A DNA stretch of 63,975 nucleotides, the filler included, from Hyphochytrium catenoides (Eukaryota; Protista; Hyphochytriomycota): NCBI GenBank assembly GCA_900088475.1. It is 10 parts of 10 records of this genome, joined end to end, with 100 filler letters (N's around TTAATTAATTAA, not from the genome) between each part and the next. Parts side by side here need not be neighbours in the genome. Positions count along the whole stretch, not along the records: positions 12,697 to 25,355 come from FLMG01003528.1; positions 25,456 to 32,813 come from FLMG01001056.1; positions 32,914 to 56,818 come from FLMG01000352.1; 7 more parts are not named here. One strand, written 5' to 3'. Below, one piece after another: positions 25,015-35,142 of the stretch. Below the pieces are notes generated by a model. It did no database searches. It saw only the letters and a program-made list of their open reading frames with translations, and was not told where the DNA came from. Positions within the stretch are counted from its first letter, which is position 1. Each line of letters opens with the position of its first letter. The position numbers and the translations under genes were made by a program.

Positions 25015-25355
25015 TCACCTTCCTCAAACTTGTGGCGAAGAAATTGACATCGAACCGCTTGTGTTTTTTTTATGCGTTGATGGCCAAACGGATGGCCGCT
25101 CAAGAAGACGGAGCCCCTGTTATCTTCAACAGTGCGGTAGCGTTTAAGTCTCCTACTCCAAGGACGCTTAGAAGTTTACGAAGCCATACACTCTTTTTCG
25201 CAGCCTCACAGAGACCAAGGCACTCTGCTTCGGTGCTGGAAAGAGCCACAGCCGCCTGCTTCTTGGAATTTCCAAGTCACAGCTCCGCCACCATAGGAAA
25301 AGAACTTAACCGGAAGTGCTCTTTCGGTTTCATTTGTCCCTGGCCCAATCGCATC
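25015..25355 (-). mobile_element. Ty1/copia RNase H, pseudogenised
   Basis: DWARDK*NRKSTSG..YGGGAVTW..SKKQAAVALSSTEAECLGLCEAAKKSVWLRKLL..EDNRGSVFLSGHP matches the copia RNase H consensus, with frameshifts. Confidence 0.9.
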
Positions 25356-25455
25356 NNNNNNNNNNNNNNNNNNNNNNNNNNNNNNNNNNNNNNNNNNNNT
25401 TAATTAATTAANNNNNNNNNNNNNNNNNNNNNNNNNNNNNNNNNNNNNNNNNNNN
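25356..25455. other. Artificial contig spacer
   Basis: N run + TTAATTAATTAA + N run. Confidence 0.97.
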
Positions 25456-25590
25456 GAGAGAAAGAGAGAGATGGAGAAAAAATTAGTGTAGAGAAAGCCC
25501 GTTAGACAAGATGAGGGGTAAGGGGGGGGAACAAGAGAGAAAGAGACAACGGAGAGGAGAGACGGAGAGGAAAGTGCACAATCTGATAAC

Positions 25591-25908
25591 CTGGAGAGAG
25601 AATCTTGGCGCCTGATTCCCTGTGAAGAAGGCCGTGTCAACCTTCACTTCCCTGATCACTCCTGGCAGCCCAAGGCGTATAATGCACCAGTCATGACCCG
25701 GAATCCGCTTCCGTCTCGTCTCCCAGCCGTCCATCCACTTCCCAAATTCTGTGTACTTGTCAGGGAGAAAGATGGGATCTGAGGGAGAGAGAAGCGAGCT
25801 AGAGTCTGCAAACCATTCGTCCGTGGCAAAGAGAACCTTGCCTCCAAAGGTAGAGGAAGAGAGCTCAGTGTTGGGAGAGCACCGCTCGATCTTCTTTGTC
25901 GTTGTCAT
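25591..25908 (-). CDS. ALLC: Allantoicase, first exon (3'-partial)
   Basis: [66 protein letters not shown] is the allantoicase repeat signature. GT donor at 25590. Confidence 0.95.
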
Positions 25909-27833
25909 AGCTTCTGTCCTTCAGAGCTGCGTAGGTTAGGATCAGTTGGTTTGTCTAAGAGTAAGGGCCTAGGGCCGCCGACGATTTCGTGACTGTCGGG
26001 CGACGTAGGCCTAGCTGCTGATTCTTCTTGGATCCCTTGGGAGCTCCGGTACCATCACCCTTGGCACTGCCAGGCTGCTCAGATGCACATCCTCCTTCAG
26101 AGCTCACAGCATCTCCATTATCTTCACTTAGCGATCTGTCAGATCTTCTTCTTTCTGACGCCAGGATGGAGATGGAGCTCCTGAGAGCTCTCGGCTGAGG
26201 TTGTAGAGCTTGAAGCTGAAGCGTTGATAACCCACGGAAGCCCTGGTTAACTGTGTTCCCTATAGCACAGTGATTTACCATATAACCCAGGTTCCACACA
26301 TCGCCAGACCAGACAGGATGTTATATGGAATGATTATAGATTTAGCATTAACCTTGTTACCCTTGCTCTTGACCCTGATTAGGACGAAGAGCTCACCAGC
26401 ACAATAAACAGCGCTTGAGCTCTTCCTTCTTATGAACTCATGGCTCACGGGCGCATGTTGAGGCCAGAGCGCGGACGATCTCAGCCACCTCGCCACCCCT
26501 ACTGTACAGGCCCCCAGCCGTCATCCATCCGCCTCTTGAGTCGTTTGACAACAGGGCCCCAGCTAGAAAGAGAGGAAAGAGTACGACCAGTGCCGAGCGC
26601 GCACTGCAACAGCTTTCGCAAACATGGGGCTCACCGGACGTTAGAACGTGATACTTAGGGGGCAGAAGCACAGGCATTTGCATGTGGGTGAATGGTCAAA
26701 GCTGACACAGACTAGGACCCATTTGGACAACCTGGCGTTCCTAGGGGCCGAGGACGCTTGTGGCCGGTGTGTGGCGGAGGAAGAAAAACAGACTTGGGAA
26801 AGAGGAATGAAGGTAATGAGATTAAGGAAGAAGAGAAAGCATTTAAAAGTAGGCAGGTAGAAAGGACGGAGCCAAAGCAACAATCCATGCACTGGCCTAG
26901 CCCCTAGGAAGGGCTCTTGCGGATTGATAGCAGGCAAGCTGGCCTATGTCTCGATAGAGAGAGCATACGAGACTCATGCAAGGGGAGAAGAGAAGGTTGT
27001 TAGAAAGGAGAGAGGGTCTCCTCGTGGGGGTTGAGGAAGGGGAAGGGAAACTCAGCAGTCAAAGAGAGAGGGAAACCCTAAAATGGACCAGTAGGACAGG
27101 AGACGTCAGGAAGGTCTGATAGAGCAACACTCTAAGGAAGAGGCCGAAGGATTAGAAGTTCACCGAGAGAGACCGACCCCGCACCGCATCCTAACAACAA
27201 GAAGCAAAGTGGCCACGATGTTGACGATCTTGGAACGAAGACAGCTACGGGTCAGAATTGACGGCCAGGTCGTTATAGGAAGGAGAGAAGGACAGGATTC
27301 TTAGAGGCTCGAAGTAGTGACCGTTCTGCCAAAGCTGAAGAGTGATCGTTATACTTGCAAACGATGAGCGCAGCATCTACTAGGTGAGGCGGATGAGTGG
27401 TCTTTTGGAAAGAAGAGAGCGCGAGGGCAGGCGAAAGAGGCACCGGCCTAGACCCGAAGAGAGCGGGGAGATTGGCGGTTAACGTTGGGCGGGCGGGAAG
27501 CTCCATCTAGGTCGGTGCGATGTAGGATGGAGGGGCTACTGGCCCCAAGTTTACAGACTCTAGCCGGGCAGCAGAGGAAGTGGGAGAGAAGGCGGACGGA
27601 GGGGCCTGGGCTGAGGAAGAAGGGCTAGTAACAGAGGAGGCGCTGGACGCAACTGCGGCGAGCTTTCGCCTTGTCGGCATTGAGTTCCCGATTGAGGCGC
27701 AGCAACGCCCGACGAGTGTAACGACCGAATAGGCTTTTTAGGGCCTGGATAACTCTCTCAATAGTCATATAGTCTATCTTTCTCTTATTGTTCCAAAGCG
27801 ATCGCTGCGTATATCTAGGGCTCACCTGTCTCA

Positions 27834-28664
27834 TTATACAGCCTCTACATGTACAATCACAAAGTAGGGCGTAGCGGCGGCTTCAGACTCTAACTTCCTG
27901 TCCAATCGTCGGCATTGAGAGCGGTAACCACAACGGCCAAGAGCGGCAGTGAAGAGCAGGAGGACGGCGGTGACGCCAGCTGCTAAAGGTACGAAGCTAG
28001 TGCCAAGTTCACCAGAGGACGAGATCATGATCGCCACAACAACGAAGTTGGCGAGAAGGGAGGTGGTTAGGGCTAGTATCAGAGCACCCCAGCAGCAGAT
28101 GCTATAGACAAAGTGGTGGCAGGGGGAACGCTCTACAGCGTCAGGATGCTGATCCTCCTGCTGATCCTCCTGGCAGCACCCTTTTCTAACGCGCAAGTAG
28201 GCGATCGCCATGGCCAAAGCCCAGACCACTAACGGACTCCAGCTATAAGTTGATGTCAAGGGCACATCCCCGACAGCGCTAGCCACTAGAACCGCTATGC
28301 CAAGGACTAAAAGTACCAGGAAACCCCACAACAAGCCTGGTCCCGCACGCACCACGGTGGCCGCTAGCCATGTGTCGTGATACCAGCGAACGATTACCGC
28401 CGCCAGGCAGCCAGGAAGGTAGAGGCCACAGATGTAGCCAAGGGTTGTGTCGAAGCTGTCGCCTAAAACGTCCACAGTCTCTGTTATGAAGATTATCAGA
28501 ATTATGCTGAAGGAGAGCATGCAGCCGCAGAGGAAGCCCGCGCTGCCCTTGGCGATGAGAGGGTTGTCCGCTCCCCAGTTCAAGGTCATTCCCAAGCCAA
28601 CGCAGATAAAAGGCAGCAGCAGCAGGAGGATGATAAGACTAACCAAGATCAGAATGCCGTCCAT
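27834..28664 (-). CDS. Hypothetical multi-pass membrane protein (about 276 aa, 7-8 hydrophobic segments)
   Basis: Stop-free, non-repetitive ORF from ATG 28664 (MDGILILVSLIILLLLLPF...) with regularly spaced hydrophobic helices. No family recognised. Confidence 0.65.
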   Translation of the reverse strand: MDGILILVSLIILLLLLPFICVGLGMTLNWGADNPLIAKGSAGFLCGCMLSFSIILIIFITETVDVLGDSFDTTLGYICGLYLPGCLAAVIVRWYHDTWLAATVVRAGPGLLWGFLVLLVLGIAVLVASAVGDVPLTSTYSWSPLVVWALAMAIAYLRVRKGCCQEDQQEDQHPDAVERSPCHHFVYSICCWGALILALTTSLLANFVVVAIMISSSGELGTSFVPLAAGVTAVLLLFTAALGRCGYRSQCRRLDRKLESEAAATPYFVIVHVEAV

Positions 28665-29964
28665 CCTTCGTAAGCTTCTCTTGATCGCTCTGTGCGGCGG
28701 CGTGACGGCTCCTCCTAAGAGATATGCGGCAGCCCGTGCGCGCCCTTTCCTGCTCCGGTCAGTTTCTATCCTAGGCAAGGTCGGTCCGACGCTGGGACTA
28801 TGACGATAATAATGTGCCTGGGGAAGGAAGGTTGCTTCATCTCCCTCTTCCGGTCTCCGAGCAGCAGCAAGCAGCAGGTTATTGAAGACAGAAGAATCTT
28901 CAAAGTCTTTCTTTTGCGGGTTATGGAGCTTATTGCTTATTATAGTAATACGAGTAGTGAGCTTCAGCGCCAGGGGAGACGATGAGAAGAATGAAGAAAC
29001 GACACTGTGACTAGTAAGGGTTGCGCCACTATTTTGCCCTGCCACTATTGTGCCCCACCTAAGATAATGTGAAAGGGCTGGGTGGGTGGGATCGCACCGT
29101 GCCTGGCCACCCTCCTTAGAAAGGTGCGATATTTGTAGATTTGCTGTGTCAAACACCAATGGGGCACAACAGTGGCGTACAAAGTTTGGGTAAAATGTGC
29201 GGTACGGGGTTAGTTGTAATTGTTAGGCTAAGCTCGCCTGGGCATAAAGTGGCACTACCCCTTTAGTAGTCGACGCAATCAATAATAGGAAATGACCAAT
29301 GACCAACAACATAAAAAAGGAGAAAAGGCATTTTATTATAGTCTTTCTCTGGTAGAGTTTTATTATTAGGCCTATTTAGAACTTTGGGAGGAGTAGGATA
29401 GGACGTCCAAAACGGTGCTTGTGTTTTACCACGGACCAATAAATAGGAATGGTGGAGAGTGGACAGAGGTTTGGTGGGACACATACTCTGGAGTAAGTAG
29501 TAATAAGGGCACTGGTAGAACGAATGCAGCCAGTTCAGTTCGTGTAGTAGCCTGCCTGTCTTTTTGAGAAATATATATTTAGGCCCTACTCCCCCTATCG
29601 AGGCCTAATTACATTTCCTACACCTACTTGTACATTGTTAGAACAGGTCCTCGAGATACTTATTCTGTGCTTTGCTATGGACTATCAACTTGGGAGGTTG
29701 AGGTTGCGGTAACTTCCATCAGGGCCAACACGGGGACCCCGAAATCGGGGAATCTAAGATTTGTGCAAGGGCTGTTTTGCAAGCATCTGCTCAGCAATGC
29801 TTTTCCTTAGTTTGTAATGAGGAAGAAGTGAAGTGGCAGGGGGTTATCTAGCGGACAGAGCAGGAGAGGCAAGGCGAATCTTCGCGCTCTATGGTCGACA
29901 CGGCTCTCTCCTATTGAGTGTGATGACTTGACGCCGCGAGACTTGATCACTTGGGATTGTTTCC

Positions 29965-30870
29965 TTGAAGAGAAAGGATGGCATGGCAGCCGACCTGGCT
30001 TCTCCACTTACAGCGGCCACCAAAGGGCAGCACCACTCTTCAGTAGTCTCTGCCAGCCGTGACGTTGGCCAGACGATGTCCAGGACGCTGGAAACGAGAG
30101 CTACAGAGCCACTGCCCGGGCGTGAAGCGGCGAGCAGCCACAGGCAATAATGCAGGAGGTGCCAACTGCAAAGTCGGAAAGGACCTCCGTTCCCTTATCG
30201 CGTGAACCTTCCTGAGTGTTGACTGGAACTTGATGTCGCGCGCTGCCAATGCGTTCTCTGTCTGCGTTGACACTATGGCATTCCACGAGGACTCGTTGCG
30301 GATTATCTTCTCACAAATGAAGAATGATCAGTTCGGAGAGGGACCCCGCCGCTAGCCGCGGCACATCAACGCCAACCCGGTAATCCCAGCAATATAGGTG
30401 GCTGCCAGTATGATCGCTTCCGGCTTCCGGAAGGCACTTCAGAGGTTCTTGGAACGCCAAGAGGTGGCGGAAGAGCTTAGGTTAGCCTGCGTGGTCTTGC
30501 AGGTAAGGATCTGGGCTCACACTCGGTGAGGAAAGGTGCAGCAACGTACGCCTCCTCAGGGTCAACTGCTTGTCCTCCAGCCGCGGCTATCCATCTGCGA
30601 GCCGGCTGGTCAATGGGGAGTGTCCAGAATACATACAGAAGGTATGAAGCGGCGGGAGACATGTATGTCGGAAGGACTGTATGCGGCCTGCCAGGTGGCA
30701 AGCCTGAGGTTGCCATCCTACTTCCTAGCTTTCGAAAAGACTGTAGCAGAGCTACGGTGGCCGTGGCGCGTTTCCCACTGCTTCCCTGGCCTGCAATTGC
30801 AATAAGTCATTTCGAAAGCTGAAGGTAGAGCGTGCTCCGCAATTTCTGCACATTGCCGTCTCATAGTTTG
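29965..30870 (+). mobile_element. Decayed Crypton-type (CryptonS-like) tyrosine-recombinase DNA transposon
   Basis: KVGKD..WNLMSRAAN..DSLRIIFSQMKNDQFG..PRHINANP..QYDRF..DLGSHSVRKGAATYASSGSTACPP..LRAGWSMGSVQNTYRRYEAAGDMYVGRTVCGLP gives the R, K, HxxR, W, Y catalytic set in order. Broken by stops, deletions and micro-duplications (e.g. CTTCCGG twice at 30417). Confidence 0.85.
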
Positions 30871-31157
30871 CTTCTGACCAGACTTCATGATCAATAAAGG
30901 TCAAGCCTGTTTAGCCTTCTTAATAGAGAAGAACCAAGAGCAAGAGAGAGAGAGAGATGGCGGTCCGAACCACAAAGTCCCTCCAGGAAGCGGAATAATT
31001 ATGATGTCAACAATACTATGTATGGTCCTTATAGCTCTACCTTCTCAGAATAAAGGGGTAACAAAGTATAGAACTCTTCTTCCGTGCATCCTAGTCGTCG
31101 CTGGCTGTCTGGGCTCTGTCTGTCCTTCTCTCTCTTACTCCTGCTCCATTATGACCT

Positions 31158-31931
31158 TTAAGACCTGGGCTTGACCTTCTGAGGGACAAGCTGCACAACG
31201 TTCCCTTTCTCCCACGCGTCGGCCCCCTTGGCGACGGGAGGATTTGGCAGCAATGGCTCTCTTCTCTTCCGTACTTCCATTGTGTCAATGCCTCTCTCCC
31301 TCTTTCTCTCTTCCAAGAGCCTCGGGTCTATCTGTCCGTCCTTCGTGAAGGCCATCATTAGTTGGGGAGGGCCAAGAGGGAGAGGGTCTCCCCTGTCTAT
31401 CTGCCAGGTGTGGATTGTCTTGCCATAGGTATCGACATATTCTCTCATTAGCGCATTCTCTGCGCCTTCAGAGAGACCAGGACCAACAAGAGTTCCTGAT
31501 CTTACCTGTGAGGGAACAAGCGTGGGACAAGAGGGACGAGAGAGAGAGAGAAAGAGTGAGAAGAGAGAGAGGATCAGCAGGTAGAGAGATCAACGGAGAG
31601 AAACAAGAGCACAGCTCAGCAGGTAGAAAGAGAGAGACAGAGAGAGAGGCGAGCGAGCACCACAGATACTCCAATAAAGAGAGGGAGCTGTGGAGAGAGA
31701 GAGAGAGAGAGAGAGACAGGGCGAGAGCCCTGTTATACCTCGTGGACGTGGGAGTGCCAGTATGGCTTCTCATCGTCAGGGAGCGCGCTGAATAGTTCTT
31801 TGGTGATGATGTACTCCACGCCGATCAGACGCGCGTCAGGTCCGTCTCCGTCATAGATAATACACTGATGAACGTCGTTGGTCAAGTGTCCACAGAAGTG
31901 GTGCGCCGACACCTGCAGATATTTAAAGAGG

Positions 31932-31993
<62 letters not shown>

Positions 31994-32661
31994 AAGAGAG
32001 ATGAGAGCGGCGTAGTAGAAAGAGTACGGAAGCGGAAACGAAACAAGGGAAGGCGTGTGAGCTTTTCCTCAACGCTCACAGACCCTTAACCCCCATCCTG
32101 CCTGGTCAACTCCTTCATTCCTAGATTTACTTCTTACACTCTCTCTCTCTTCTTTCTCTCTCTCTCTCTCTCTCTTCTGTCTCTCTCTCTTTTCCGGTCT
32201 CCACTCTTCTTCTCCCTCTCTTTGCAACTCCTTCAGGACAACCTCCTCACTGTGTCGTCTAATCCATCATTTGATTCTATTACCTGTCTTTTGATGTCTC
32301 CGTTGTAGAAGTGCCAGCCATGAAGATGAGAGTGCACGCTCTTCAATGGCGCAAATTTCTGAACCACATCCGCTCCCGCATCCAGCGCTCTCTTCTTCAA
32401 ACTCACGGGCCCTCCGGGTGTTTCTTCACTCTCTTTCTGTCTCCTGGAGAAGAGAGAGAAGGCCATCCATCCTCCTAAGAAGCCCACGGCAGCTCCCACA
32501 GCTAGAAGTTGGTTCTGATGGGTGGAAGAAGCCGAAGGGGAAGAGGGTGGAGGAGAGGGAGAAGCAGAAGAGAGAAAGCGTAAAGAGTTCTTTCTCTTCT
32601 GCGTTACGAGTGGAAACGAGGAGACTTTCTCCTTGATCAACGCTCTTCTCATCGCCAACAT
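31158..32661 (-). CDS. DUF1264 / oil-body-associated-protein-like; exons 32661-32284, 31912-31739, 31505-31158
   Basis: Spliced [98 protein letters not shown] is the DUF1264 signature; both introns are phase-0 GT-AG. Confidence 0.92.
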
Positions 32662-32813
32662 TGTCGTCGGTCTCGTTCTATTTTATCCGAAGGCTTCCTT
32701 TGCGAGATGTCTGGAGAATCCTCTAATGAGAAAGATCTTGCGGTAGAAGGTGATGGTTGTTAGGGCGGAGAAGAAAAAGAGAAATAGACAGATGCAGGGA
32801 GAGAGGGAGAGAG

Positions 32814-32913
32814 NNNNNNNNNNNNNNNNNNNNNNNNNNNNNNNNNNNNNNNNNNNNTTAATTAATTAANNNNNNNNNNNNNNNNNNNNNNNNNNNNNNN
32901 NNNNNNNNNNNNN
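32814..32913. other. Artificial contig spacer
   Basis: N run + TTAATTAATTAA + N run. Confidence 0.97.
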
Positions 32914-33894
32914 ATGATCCTCAAAGCAGCAGCGTGGAAGGGAAGGAGGGCTGAATAGACTCTCCAGCGATCCTGGCTATATCTAGAGGACCCGAAGAAT
33001 CCCCAGGGACAATGGCCAGGGACATTCTATGGCAAGACTAAGTAGTAAAAGAAGAGCCATGTCTGCCAGAAGAGTAGACTGTCGTCCCACTCTGCGTTTC
33101 CTCGCTCTCGCAGAAAACCATGGGGAGAATAGCCCTTATCCTCAGCACGTCCTAGCTTCCAGTTAAATACCATTTCTCCTTGTTGGACTGTCCTCTCCAC
33201 ATACAGATGATAACCTTACTTTAGGCCATTTGCCTCTGTCCCGAACTTTCTATGCACCCCTCACTCTTACAGCCACCCCCTAACATCAACTTTGTTAGAG
33301 TGCAACGGTGACGGACAGCCTACTAAGCTTCGTGTTATTAGCTTGTTTCTCTGGTCTGTCGCTCGCTCGCGTCCTGTTTGTCTCCGTCCTCGCTTGCTCC
33401 CTTCCCTTTCTTATGCAGCCAATGAGAGCAACAATGTATAAACACTACGTAGAGGCGGCGTCAATGCAACTGCCACCAATAACTCTGGTACTGGCTGTTC
33501 TCCTTGCCTCCTCCTTCTGATTCCAGAATCAGTTGATATTCTAGGAGATGGTTGAGGGGCCGTCCGCCTCATTTCCATCGATGAGCCCACTACCCTCCTA
33601 GTCCTGCCCTTAGAATGCTTCAAAAAAACAAAGGAGACACTCTCCGTCGCTGGATTCACTCGCTACTTCTCGCTAACGCACTGCCGTGCTATCTTCCATT
33701 GCCTTCCAATGCTCTCTACTGCCACAAAGTTCAATGTAACCCTGCTCATCAAGGTGGTCTCTTCTTTTAAAGACAGTTTTCGACTCACCAGGCGCCTCTC
33801 TTGAGCCAAAAGCCACCTGCTGTTGTTGTGAGACCTTGGCACTGCCACGTCCTATCTAAGCTCCAGGCGCCAGCCTTCTCTATTGGTAAGTCGA

Positions 33895-34004
33895 ATCCTT
33901 TGTACTGTACCTCCATGTTGGGGAGACCTCATCTGATTTCCATTAAGCGCTATCCTTTGTACTGTACCTCCATGTTGGGGAGACCTCATCTGCATTAAGC
34001 GCTA
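33895..34004. repeat. Tandem duplication, unit about 57 nt
   Basis: ATCCTTTGTACTGTACCTCCATGTTGGGGAGACCTCATCTG occurs identically at 33895 and 33952, each followed by CATTAAGCGCTA. Confidence 0.9.
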
Positions 34005-35142
34005 GATTGATAATGTTTCTGCGACCGTGAGCTCGGCTCAGGCGAAGTGGCATGCATCTACAACGGGTATTTTATTGCTGAGGACAAAAACTCCAAAGCG
34101 GCGTAAAGTGTGAGAAAATAGAAAGCTAAGGAGACTGGAAAGAGAAGTTGGGAGAGGAGCGGTGCGGCACCAGGCAAAGAACAACAAGCACCTAGGGAAG
34201 GAAGGATTTGATCGATAAGTGTTCTGTCTTTATGCTTTCTCTGCACGGTCTTCAGCGACCGACTAGGTCAGAAAGAGAAGACACGGAGAGCCACCAAGAA
34301 AGTCAACAAGAGCTTAAAAAAAAAGAACAATCCTTTGATCCAGCATTCTCAATCATTTGAACAGAAAGGGTCACACTTGCAATAGAAGAGAAGGTAATCA
34401 TGACTACAGACGGAGATACGGGGAGATTGCGGCATTCTTCAGCCCCGCACCAGCACTAGCCCGCAGAACCAGTAAGGATTGCTCTTCTAATATGACTTGA
34501 AGATGGGATTGGCCTTTGCTAGTATGCTTCAATCGTTCAAGAGAGACACGACGAGTGAGCTAGCATTGGCAACGAACGGAAAGTTAGCCAAAGTCACAAA
34601 TCACAACGGCGAAGAGCCGAACAAAGTCATGATGAGGGCCTTGTTCAAACGTTGTTGAGTGTCTGTTGTTGTCGTGGGGATAACGGGTATTCTCACAGAG
34701 GCCTTCCGAGATGGCGAAGATGCCGCTTAACCATTTTATCGCCAGGCCCTAGACGGGGCAAAGCTTTTTTAAGCCTACGTCTCCTTCTACCAACAGGATG
34801 GAGAAGAACGTCTGGGGTCCATGTCATAAGTGGATCAAGAATAGCTCTATAGAAGACAACTTTGGCCTCAGCCCACGTGGAATCGGAAGATACTTCATGA
34901 TCAGGTCCTTCTTCCTGTATATTGGGAACGAATGAGAAAATCTAGTTAGAACACCATTGTGCTGGAAGGTCACGTCGTGGCCAAGGGTCTGTCTTATTAA
35001 TACTGAATGAACGGAGAGAGGGCAGAAGATAAGAGCGAACGGGGTTCTCATTTTCTATCAGTCAGTAGGTCTAATAGTGCAGAGAGCTCAGGAGAAGAGA
35101 AATAGGAAGTCACTAAGAGCAGGTATAAAGGCCGAAGGATCT

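Noticed and set aside
33895-34004. Direct repeats as a CRISPR-like array
   Set aside because: Two copies of a simple tandem duplication, no unique spacers, eukaryotic context, no cas genes.
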